DNA from: Pirellulales bacterium
Lineage (GTDB): Bacteria; Planctomycetota; Planctomycetia; Pirellulales; Lacipirellulaceae
DNA length: 39,606 nt
NCBI GenBank assembly: GCA_025935855.1
Contig: JAICUM010000001.1
Span: 1-39,606 of the forward strand
Direction of reading: 5' to 3'
The notes below the pieces were generated by a model. The model made no database searches. It was not told where the DNA came from and worked only from the letters and a program-made list of their open reading frames with translations. Positions 32,201-39,606 of the stretch are shown here, in pieces (within the stretch, counting starts at the first letter, position 1; each line of letters opens with the position of its first letter). A program made the translations under genes and the position numbers.

Positions 32201-32247
32201 AAAAAAGCAGCGGCCCGACCCCTCGCAAAGGAAGGGCCGAACCGCCG
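32201..32247 (-). terminator. Possible intrinsic terminator
   Basis: Minus strand imperfect GC hairpin (CGGCCC...GGGCCG) followed by CTGC-TTTTTT. Confidence 0.45.
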
Positions 32248-32410
32248 TGGCACGTGGCTTAAACGTCGCCGATCGGTCGCGCGGTTTGGGCGCCAAAACA
32301 AACGCCCGTGTTGCCTGCTCGAATGTCAAAACCGCGGCCGATCAGCGACGTGAATTTGGCTAACCGGGCGCCTTCTACAGCGAACAACCGTCGCGAACGT
32401 TACAAGGAAA

Positions 32411-32527
32411 GAAGAGCCCCGCGGATGAACGCGGATTTAGCGGATTTTCGCGGATCAAAAAAACGAAGGGCTACTTGCCTCAGATCCGCGGAAATCCTTT
32501 GAATCCGCGTTCCTCCGCGTGCTATTC
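32411..32527. repeat. MITE-like (GCGGAT)n inverted-repeat element abutting the xerC stop
   Basis: CGCGGATGAACGCGGATTTAGCGGATTTTCGCGGATC ... GATCCGCGGAAATCCTTTGAATCCGCGTTCCTCCGCG; shares GATGAACGCGGATTT with the 25682 element. Confidence 0.8.
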
Positions 32528-33425
32528 AGCGCGCCCGTGGATGGGCCTTTTCGTAGGCGGCCCGCAGGTTGGCCGTGCTGACGTGCGTGTAGATTTGCGT
32601 CGTCACCAGGCTTTTGTGGCCAAGGAGCTCCTGCACGCTACGGATGTCGGCGCCGCGATCCAAGAGATGCGTCGCGAAGCTGTGCCGCAGGGTGTGGGGG
32701 CTGGTGCGGCGATCGAGGCCCGTCTCGCGTAGGTACTTTTCCAGCATGCGGCCCACGCTGCGCGTCGTGAGTCGTGTGCCGAAGCGGTTGGTAAACATCG
32801 GCGCCTCGCGGCCTTGCGGTTCCTTGGGCGAAATCTTACGCACCCGCAACCAGGCGTTGAGTGCCCGCACGGCGAACGAGCCTAGCGGCGACAGGCGTTC
32901 CTTGCGTCCCTTGCCGCGAACGCGAAGCACTCCCTGCGACATGTCCACATCGCCGTCCGACAGGCCGACGAGCTCGCTCACGCGCAAGCCGCCCGAATAC
33001 ATGGTTTCCAGCATCGCCCGATCGCGAAGTCCCATGTCGGAATCCGCCGGCGGCGCCGAGAGCAGCGTTCCGATTTCCTCGGTGGTGAGGAAGTGCGGCA
33101 ATGACCGGCCTTTTCGCGGATTCCTGAGGGCCCGCGCGGGATTGCTCGCCGCCCAGCCTTCGCGCTGGCCGTACTTGTAGAAGCTGCGCAGCGACGCGAG
33201 CTTGCGGGCGATCGAGGTTTTCGCATAGCCCGCTTCGTGCAGAGCGGAAAGCAAACCGCGAAGATCGACGGCGGTGATGGAAGCCGGCTCCGGCGTGGCG
33301 CCGTCTTCGCTCGCGAAATAGTCCGCCGCCGCAATCAGATCTTCGCGATATCCCTTGAGCGTGTGCGGCGACACCCCCCGCTCAACGCGCAGATAGGTCA
33401 AGAATTGCGCGATCTGGCGGTGCAT
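32526..33425 (-). CDS. xerC: Tyrosine recombinase XerC
   Basis: N-terminal SAM-like domain; catalytic R (GLRVSELV), K (GKGRKER), HTLRHSFATH, LLGH, Y (TQIYTH). XerC versus XerD is inferred from RSVQELLGHKSLVTTQIY. Confidence 0.9.
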   Translation of the reverse strand: MHRQIAQFLTYLRVERGVSPHTLKGYREDLIAAADYFASEDGATPEPASITAVDLRGLLSALHEAGYAKTSIARKLASLRSFYKYGQREGWAASNPARALRNPRKGRSLPHFLTTEEIGTLLSAPPADSDMGLRDRAMLETMYSGGLRVSELVGLSDGDVDMSQGVLRVRGKGRKERLSPLGSFAVRALNAWLRVRKISPKEPQGREAPMFTNRFGTRLTTRSVGRMLEKYLRETGLDRRTSPHTLRHSFATHLLDRGADIRSVQELLGHKSLVTTQIYTHVSTANLRAAYEKAHPRAR

Positions 33426-33506
33426 GGCAGGGGCCAGGGGTCAGTAGCCAGTAAAAACGTGAAGCAGCGCCCCTTCTCTGCTGGCGACTGTCCCCTGGCG
33501 ACTCGC
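33426..33506. repeat. Two inverted degenerate heptamer arrays filling the intergenic gap
   Basis: GGCAGGG GCCAGGG GTCAGTA GCCAGTA (33426-33453) and TGCTGGC GACTGTC CCCTGGC GACTCGC (33479-33506). Confidence 0.6.
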
Positions 33507-33508
33507 TC

Positions 33509-33757
33509 TCACTCATCGCTCGCCTGCGGCAGGTTGATGCGCCGCGGCGTCACGTTCATCATTGGCGTGCTGGCCGGCGTGCTGTTGCGGACCTTTTGGC
33601 TCAGCACGGCCGCGTCGTACCAGGTGAAGCTGAGCTCGGGGTTCGAGGCGAAGCGACCCAGCGTGCGCAGCGCCTCGGCGCGCTGCGAATCCTCATACAG
33701 AAAGATGTACCGTTCGCGGCCCTTCACCAAGGCAAGGACATTGATGTCTTCGTTCAC
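33509..33757 (-). CDS. Small hypothetical protein upstream of xerC
   Basis: GTG 33757 after AGGAGG; INVLALVKGRERYIFLYEDSQRAEALRTLGRFASNPELSFTWYDAAVLSQK. Confidence 0.75.
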   Translation of the reverse strand: MNEDINVLALVKGRERYIFLYEDSQRAEALRTLGRFASNPELSFTWYDAAVLSQKVRNSTPASTPMMNVTPRRINLPQASDE

Positions 33758-34022
33758 GGCTTCAACAGCCTCCTGACGGCAGCCTGGCGTGTCGCGGTGC
33801 GTCACGTCGTGCGGGGGTGGGCGGCCGCCGTGGCGAAGGGTCTATGCGTCACGGTCGTCCTGGGGCTTGAGCGCCGCGGCGGGGGAGTCGCGGCGAACAC
33901 CTCGCGACCGGCGGTCGCGATTCCTATGAACTCAGCTCGCACCCGTTCCGTGGGCGCCGGCGACATCGATCCACAGCAGAAGCCGCTGCCAGGATCGACC
34001 GAGCCGAATTCCTTTATGCGGT

Positions 34023-35312
34023 TTATCGGCGTTCGGGCCAGCGATACACGACATCCGTTTTGCGACTACCGCCGCGGGCCGACAGCATCTCGCAGATGTG
34101 CATGTGACAGCAGAAACGGATGTAATCGTCGCTGCGCGCGAGGTACGATCGCCATCCGCCATAACGATTGTCATTGCTAAAGAACACGTAGCCCTGCAAG
34201 GCTTCGGTCACATCTTCGTCATTACCCTTATAAATGCGCGTGTGGCTGAGCACCGGTCCGTCGTAGGGAATGCACGGCGGTCGATGCAGCACTGGCGGCG
34301 CCGGCGGCGCGAGGCATTGCGGATCATTTTGTCCGACATTGCTGGAAGCGACTGCGGCGCCTTCGCCGCTGGTTCCAGTGGCGCCGGTTGCACCGGCTGC
34401 GGGAGCGTTGGCGGCGTTAGCGTCGGCGGCATCGCTGGCGGGCAGCTCTTCCTGAGCGCTCGCCATTTGCACGTGATTATCGAGGATGCGCAAGCTCGTC
34501 GAGGCGCCGCTGTCGGGAGCTTCCGGTTTTTGCGGATTCGCTTGGGGCGCCCCCGCCTTGGCATTGGGTGCAGTGGCGCCGGAACCGTTTCCGCTTCCCT
34601 CGACCGGGGCTGGAGAGCCGTCCGTTCCATTCGCACTGGGGAGCGGAGCGTTCTCGATCGGCGTCAGCGGCGGCGCCGGCAGCGGCTGGCAGAAGGCGTC
34701 GCAATCCGGCGTCTTCGCCGCCATCTCGGCTTTCGCCAGCGCGAGCTGCGATTCATACACCAGCGAATCGGGAATGAACTCTTCCTCCGACGTTCCCCAA
34801 GGCAGGCCGTATCCGGCCGGAATCTCGTGGAAGCCCAAATTCGCGGTGTACCACTCAACGCGCAATCCCAAACGCGGCGGATAGTATTCTGAGAAATCGG
34901 TGACGGAACCGACGACCACCGCGTCCACGCCGAGGATTTTCGCCAGCCGGCGAGCTTCGCCCGGCCCGTGCAGATCCACGCGGTGGGCGATCATGGCTTC
35001 TTCCACGACGCCCAGCGGGACGACTTCAAATCCCGGCGTTGCCTGTAGCTCGGCGAAGTACGCCATCGCTACCTGCCGGCCGTCGACCGTCGGCTCGTCG
35101 CTCTGGTTAAAAAAGGGCGTCACCGCCACCCGGCTGAGCTGCGGGAACGGATTGCGGATGACCGGCCGATGCGCCTTGGTCGGCACAATCAGGCTGCAAC
35201 CGCCGCAGAGGGGCAGCAGGCAAGCGAGCGCTAGCAACATCCCCCTCCCTCGAAGGGAGGGGTTAGGGGAGGGACTTACGCCCCGCAACCAGACTCGCCG
35301 GGAAGAAAGCAA
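34023..35312 (-). CDS. Putative lipoprotein with CsgG/DUF799-like N-terminal domain and low-complexity linker
   Basis: Lipobox-like LCGG|C; RVAVTPFFNQS...LGVDAVVVGSVTDF. Start uncertain (35312 or 35240). Confidence 0.7.
   Translation of the reverse strand: MLSSRRVWLRGVSPSPNPSLRGRGMLLALACLLPLCGGCSLIVPTKAHRPVIRNPFPQLSRVAVTPFFNQSDEPTVDGRQVAMAYFAELQATPGFEVVPLGVVEEAMIAHRVDLHGPGEARRLAKILGVDAVVVGSVTDFSEYYPPRLGLRVEWYTANLGFHEIPAGYGLPWGTSEEEFIPDSLVYESQLALAKAEMAAKTPDCDAFCQPLPAPPLTPIENAPLPSANGTDGSPAPVEGSGNGSGATAPNAKAGAPQANPQKPEAPDSGASTSLRILDNHVQMASAQEELPASDAADANAANAPAAGATGATGTSGEGAAVASSNVGQNDPQCLAPPAPPVLHRPPCIPYDGPVLSHTRIYKGNDEDVTEALQGYVFFSNDNRYGGWRSYLARSDDYIRFCCHMHICEMLSARGGSRKTDVVYRWPERR
35241..35274. 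repeat. C/G-skewed hairpin repeat at the 5' end of the lipoprotein gene
   Basis: CCCCTCCCT-CGA-AGGGAGGGG-TTAGGGGAGGG, read on the minus strand as SPSPNPSLRGRG. Confidence 0.65.
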
Positions 35313-35466
35313 GAAAAGAACCTACCGCGATTGAAAGGAGCCCCCCTTTCACTCCGGCACGGCTGACGAGCGCGGCGGCAGTGCCAGCACCGTAGCGGCG
35401 CACGTCATCGATACCTTCGGCACAACCGGTAGCGCTGCGTGAGGAAAAGCCCTGTGCAAGCAGTTA

Positions 35467-35739
35467 TTATTCCCCGCCGCTTTCGGCTAGTTGCTTCGCT
35501 GCCTCAGATTGCCAAAGGATTTGTTCGCTGCCATCCGGCAATCGCCGCACTAACTTTGCGACATCTCTCCTAAAGGGCTGGTTGGTAACGTCAATGCCTC
35601 GGCGGGCCCAATCGAGCACCGCAATCGGCCACATGAGGCCAATACGCTCATCGACCGTCATCGCCTCCATTTGCTCGGGCGTCAGGTCGTCAAGCCATTT
35701 CAGTTCCTCGATGATGCGTTCCACGCTCGAGGCACTCAT
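35467..35739 (-). CDS. Small hypothetical protein
   Basis: GGAGGG SD; 90 aa; follows bshB1 by 18 nt; double TAA stop. Confidence 0.65.
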   Translation of the reverse strand: MSASSVERIIEELKWLDDLTPEQMEAMTVDERIGLMWPIAVLDWARRGIDVTNQPFRRDVAKLVRRLPDGSEQILWQSEAAKQLAESGGE

Positions 35740-35757
35740 GTTTCCCTCCGATTTCGC

Positions 35758-36447
35758 TTAGATCAGTTCTCCCATCGACCGCATTCCCAGCGGCTCCCGA
35801 TTCGCAAACGGCTCCCCATAGCGCACGCCAATCGTCTTCCCCCAGTACGCCGCTTCGATCTCAAAGCCGTCCACCAGCGTTGGCGGCTCGGTGGGCCGTC
35901 CGGTCACGAACTGGCTCTCATAAGCCAGAATCGCCGCCCGCTTCCGCTCCCAAAACTCGCTGATGTCAAGCACGAACGCTGGCTGAATCGCCTGCCGCAA
36001 ATGGATGCAGTAGTAGTTGAAAATGCGAGCCGGATGATGCGGCTCGCCTGGCAAGTCGGTCCTCGTGAGCTTCGCCCAGAACCGGGCCGCCTCGATCAGC
36101 TCGGTCGCGGCGACGTGGTCTGGATGGGCGTCCACCCAGTACGGGGCGAAAAGCCATTTCGGCTTTTCGCGGCGGATCACCCCGGCCAGTTTGGCTCGCG
36201 CTTCGAGCGTCGGCTCCAGGCTGCGGTTGGGCAGGCCCAGATTCTCGCGCCACTGGAGTCCCATAATCTTGCTCGCCGTCGCCGTTTCGCGGGCGCGGAT
36301 TTCCAACGAACCATGCGGCGTGGGCTCGCCGTTGGTCAGATCGAGCACGCCTACCCGCCGCCCCTCGGCGATGAACTTCATGATGGCGCCGGCCATCCCG
36401 AGCTCAGCGTCGTCCGGATGCGGGGCTATGACGAGAATGTCGAGCAT
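35758..36447 (-). CDS. bshB1: Bacillithiol biosynthesis deacetylase (PIG-L family)
   Basis: APHPDDAELG, VLDLTNGE, DAHPDH, GVRYGEPF. Confidence 0.88.
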   Translation of the reverse strand: MLDILVIAPHPDDAELGMAGAIMKFIAEGRRVGVLDLTNGEPTPHGSLEIRARETATASKIMGLQWRENLGLPNRSLEPTLEARAKLAGVIRREKPKWLFAPYWVDAHPDHVAATELIEAARFWAKLTRTDLPGEPHHPARIFNYYCIHLRQAIQPAFVLDISEFWERKRAAILAYESQFVTGRPTEPPTLVDGFEIEAAYWGKTIGVRYGEPFANREPLGMRSMGELI

Positions 36448-36455
36448 CTACTCCC

Positions 36456-36752
36456 TCATAATCTCGATCGCCAAGTCCGTGGATGTCTGTGGCCGTGCAT
36501 GACGGCAATTACCTCGATCTCATCCGACTTCACGCGATAAAAGATGTTGTAAGGGAAGCGATCCGTCATGATTCGGCGGATGTCCCGATACTCGAAAGCA
36601 TGCAACTCAGGGTTTTGCTGGATTCGAAGATAGCCTTGTTGAACCGCCGTCAAGAACTGATCGCCCAACCCTTCTTGCTCTTTCTCATACCAGTCGCGCG
36701 CTTCCGCGACATCTCGCTCAGCTTTCGGGCGAACGAGCAACGGCCGATTCAT
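36456..36752 (-). CDS. parE: RelE/ParE-family toxin
   Basis: MNRPLLVRPKAERDVAEARDWYE...GLGDQF...RFPYNIFYRV...VIAVMHGHRHP; ATGA overlap with the antitoxin stop. Confidence 0.9.
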   Translation of the reverse strand: MNRPLLVRPKAERDVAEARDWYEKEQEGLGDQFLTAVQQGYLRIQQNPELHAFEYRDIRRIMTDRFPYNIFYRVKSDEIEVIAVMHGHRHPRTWRSRL

Positions 36753-36970
36753 TCGCGAGCCCGCAATCGAGCCATCGATTCTTCCCAAGGCGCTCCAGCG
36801 CCAGGATTCGCATCCGCTTCAGCTATTCGCTCGTCCAGAATCTTCTTTTGCCAGTCTGGGATTTCGCCAGGCGCCTCCAGACTGTCCCAAATCTCGCCAA
36901 TTAAACGGAGGCGATCATCGACGCTCCAGTGGTCGATGCCCAGATCATAAATGCTGGCGGATGAATCCAT
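36749..36970 (-). CDS. Addiction module antitoxin (TIGR02574-like)
   Basis: SVDDRLRLIGEIWDSL...IPDWQKKILDERIAE...PWEE; AAGGAG SD; directly upstream of parE. Confidence 0.88.
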   Translation of the reverse strand: MDSSASIYDLGIDHWSVDDRLRLIGEIWDSLEAPGEIPDWQKKILDERIAEADANPGAGAPWEESMARLRARE

Positions 36971-37163
36971 TTGGTACTCCTTCGCGATGCTTGCGGCTAC
37001 TAAAAGTCTAACAGGCCGCCAATCACCGTCAAATTTGGAATCGACCTCTCAGCAAAGCCTCACGTGCGGAGCCCGATTGCAGGCCATTCAAGAATTACTT
37101 CCAATGGCGGGGCAGGTATCGGCTCGCATGTAACTTGTTGAATAGTCAATTGGAGACGCTGTA

Positions 37164-38678
37164 TTGTCCGCTACGTTAGACGCCGCCTACGCCTCTCTTT
37201 GCGGCCACGCTCGCGAGACGGCCAAGCTTGCCAGCATCGCCGGCCTCTTGGAATGGGACGAGCGGACCAAAATGCCGCCCGCGGGCGGGGAATACCGCGC
37301 TGAGCAGATTGCTTATCTGGCAGGCGAAATCCACAAGCGGCAAACGGCGCCACAATTGGGCGAGTGGCTCGCGCAGCTTGCCGACAGCTCGCTGGCCGCG
37401 GATCGGCATAGCGAAATCGGCACGGTCATTCGCCAGCTTCGCCGCCAGTATGACAAGAAAACTCGCCTGCCGCAGAAGCTCGTCGAAGAGCTTTCACGCA
37501 CGGCGGTGCTTGGGCAGCAGATGTGGTCCGAAGCGAGAAAGGCGGACGACTTCAGCAGATTTCAGCCGATCCTCGAAAAAACACTCGATCTGAAGCGCCA
37601 GGAGGCGGCTGCTCTGGGTTACGAAGAAACGCCTTACGACGCGTTGCTCGACGATTATGAGCCGGAAGCCAGAACGTCGGAGGTTCGTAACACGCTCGCC
37701 GCCCTACGAGATGCCCTGACGCCGCTGGTCGAACAAATCGTCGGCAGCGGCCGCCGGCCGGACGGCGCCATCCTCAAACGAGAATTCCCAATTGCGGCGC
37801 AAGAAGCATTTGGTCAGCAGGCCGCTGCGGCGATTGGATTCGATTTCAACGCCGGCCGACTGGACGTGACGGATCACCCTTTCTGCGGCAGCGCCGGCCC
37901 GCGCGACATTCGACTTACCACGCGGTACAACCAGCACGACTTCGGCGATGCCTTTTTTAGCATCCTGCATGAAGCGGGGCACGGATTGTACGAGCAGGGC
38001 CTGCCGACGGAGCATTTTGGCTTGCCGACGGGTGAAACCGTCTCGCTCGGCATTCATGAATCGCAGTCGCGCATGTGGGAAAACCAAGTCGGCCGCAGCT
38101 GGGTTTTTTGGGAATTCATGTTTCCGAAAGCGCGGCAGAAATTTTTATCGCTTGGAGATGTGCCGCTCGAAAGCTTCTACGCCGCGATCAACGAGGTGCA
38201 GCCGTCGCTCATCCGCGTTGATGCGGATGAAGTGACGTACAACCTGCACATCCTCATCCGCTTCGAACTTGAACTGGCCATGATCGAGGATCAGCTTCAG
38301 GCCGCTGACCTGCCTGCCGCGTGGCGCGAAAAGTATCAGCACTATCTCAGCATTACGCCGCCCAACGACGCCGACGGCGCCCTGCAGGACGTCCACTGGA
38401 GCGCCGGATTGTTCGGCTACTTCCCCACGTACTCGCTCGGCAACCTGTACGCAGGGCAGTTCTTCGAGAAGGCGAACGCCGACCTCGGCGATCTGGCCGG
38501 CCAGTTTCGCCGCGGCGAATTCCAGCCGCTGCTCGATTGGCTGCGCCAGAACATTCACCACCACGGCCAGCGGTGGTCGGCCGCGGAATTGGCGATGAAC
38601 ATCACGGGAAAACCCTTGTCGCACACGCCCTGGTTCAGCCAAATTCAGCATAAGTACAGCGAACTCTACGGACTGTGA
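37164..38678 (+). CDS. Carboxypeptidase Taq (M32 family)
   Basis: HPF, RLTTRY, HEAGH zinc motif, HESQS, IRVDADE, QDVHW, GYFPTYSLG; TTG start with GGAG SD. Confidence 0.95.
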   Translation: MSATLDAAYASLCGHARETAKLASIAGLLEWDERTKMPPAGGEYRAEQIAYLAGEIHKRQTAPQLGEWLAQLADSSLAADRHSEIGTVIRQLRRQYDKKTRLPQKLVEELSRTAVLGQQMWSEARKADDFSRFQPILEKTLDLKRQEAAALGYEETPYDALLDDYEPEARTSEVRNTLAALRDALTPLVEQIVGSGRRPDGAILKREFPIAAQEAFGQQAAAAIGFDFNAGRLDVTDHPFCGSAGPRDIRLTTRYNQHDFGDAFFSILHEAGHGLYEQGLPTEHFGLPTGETVSLGIHESQSRMWENQVGRSWVFWEFMFPKARQKFLSLGDVPLESFYAAINEVQPSLIRVDADEVTYNLHILIRFELELAMIEDQLQAADLPAAWREKYQHYLSITPPNDADGALQDVHWSAGLFGYFPTYSLGNLYAGQFFEKANADLGDLAGQFRRGEFQPLLDWLRQNIHHHGQRWSAAELAMNITGKPLSHTPWFSQIQHKYSELYGL

Positions 38679-38762
38679 CGATTTTGCCGCGCAAACGTCG
38701 GCTAAAGCGATATGCGGCATCGTATGGTTTAGGTGGAAAAGAGAAGTCGGCCTGCCACGCTC

Positions 38763-39074
38763 ATGACGCTCGTTGCCGTTTGCCCCCGCTGCTGCACGCC
38801 GTTGGTTGACTCGATGTGTCCGCAATGCGAGCCTGAGACTGAGCATTTCGCCTACGGCCATTTCGACGCGGTGCGCACCGTCCAGAAGCGCGGCCGTAAG
38901 CCGAACTTCTTCCGGCTGCTCGTTGGCGTCGTAGGCGGCGGTCTGCTGGGCATTTTTATTGGCGCCTACGCACTACTCTGGCTTCGCGGAGCCGAGGGCG
39001 ACATTCTTGGCATCGCCCGCTGGCTGCCCGAGTCCATTCTGCCGCCTGCGATTCACGCGGCAGACCGCAATTAG
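38763..39074 (+). CDS. Small zinc-ribbon + TM hypothetical protein
   Basis: CPRC...CPQC followed by TM LLVGVVGGGLLGIFIGAYALLW. Confidence 0.6.
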   Translation: MTLVAVCPRCCTPLVDSMCPQCEPETEHFAYGHFDAVRTVQKRGRKPNFFRLLVGVVGGGLLGIFIGAYALLWLRGAEGDILGIARWLPESILPPAIHAADRN

Positions 39075-39219
39075 CGGCCCAATTTTCGCACCGGCGCCAC
39101 TGTTTGCTCGCGGCAATTTGTGCGAAAATTGCTGTCTCGACGCAGCCGCCATGATGGCTTGCCACGATTTATTGTCGGAGCGCCATTTTCGCTTCCCCGC
39201 CCGCCCCGCCTGGAACGAC

Positions 39220-39606
39220 ATGAAACTCGCCGTCCTCCGCGAGACCTTTCCCGGCGAGCGTCGGGTCGCGATTGTTCCCAGCCTCGTTCCCGCGCTTTCC
39301 AAGCTCGGCTGGGAAACCCTCTTTGAGCCTTCGGCTGGCGAGCAGGCGGGCTTTTCAGACGCCGATTACCAGGAGAAAGGCGCCCACCTCGCGACCAGCC
39401 GCGCCGATGCAATCCAGGCCGCCGACGCCGTCCTGCAAGTGCGAGCCCTCGGGGCCAATCTCGAAGCCGGCCGCGCTGATCTGGATCTCTTCAAGCCGGG
39501 GCAGCTCGTCATCGGCCTGTGCGACCCGCTTAGCCAACCCCAAGCGGTGAAAGAGCTCGCCGACCGGCGCGTGGTTCTCTTCGCGTTGGAGCTGATCCCG
39601 CGGATC
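39220..39606 (+). CDS. pntA: NAD(P) transhydrogenase subunit alpha (N-terminal part, runs off right edge)
   Basis: Not in the ORF track. Manual translation gives MKLAVLRETFPGERRVAIVP...AGEQAGFSDADYQEKGA...FALELIPRI. Confidence 0.92.
   Translation, partial: MKLAVLRETFPGERRVAIVPSLVPALSKLGWETLFEPSAGEQAGFSDADYQEKGAHLATSRADAIQAADAVLQVRALGANLEAGRADLDLFKPGQLVIGLCDPLSQPQAVKELADRRVVLFALELIPRI

Noticed and set aside
32207-32245. c-di-GMP-I riboswitch suggested by CGCAAAG
   Set aside because: The upstream GGCAAA / GAAA-tetraloop P2 architecture is missing.
32526-33425. Recombinase as a prophage or island integrase
   Set aside because: It has housekeeping Xer size and motifs, with no att-like direct repeats, tRNA or phage genes nearby.
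33758-34022. Small ORF in the gap upstream of the 82-aa gene
   Set aside because: Only short low-complexity frames with no SD or recognisable motif.
35372-35386. Sigma-54 promoter TGGCAC-N5-CCGC on the minus strand
   Set aside because: GG-N10-GC spacing fits, but the -12 element lacks TTGC. Too weak in GC-rich DNA.

Overview
GC-rich chromosomal window, most likely from a planctomycete (Pirellulales/Lacipirellulaceae-like). The assignment is inferred from the DUF1501 + PSD1/PSCyt pair, a PVC-type heme-binding CxxCH protein, tandem DUF1559 prepilin-like genes, DUF1570 and the H4MPT-linked C1 genes fae and mtd. Most genes are core or lineage-typical: ilvB, a GT2 glycosyltransferase, mfd, a PpiC/SurA-like isomerase, gltA, an ABC exporter, an EpsI-like protein, an NtrC-family regulator, xerC, bshB1, an M32 carboxypeptidase and partial pntA. 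Two small toxin-antitoxin cassettes (hicBA and antitoxin-parE) sit in housekeeping operons. I found no rRNA, tRNA, CRISPR array, prophage or transposase. The most unusual signal is a dense set of short palindromic repeat families. One REP-like family (RTAR head + stem + mostly TCC loop, with covarying stems) is inserted twice in frame inside mfd and also supplies the stop codons of two convergent genes. The others are a CTAG/CAC-loop REP family, a (GCGGAT)n long inverted-repeat MITE-like family, a loop-less 26-bp palindrome and heptamer arrays. Three genes have a TANAAT -10 box exactly 6 nt before the start codon, suggesting leaderless mRNAs. All family assignments come from motif recognition by eye; no database search was run.
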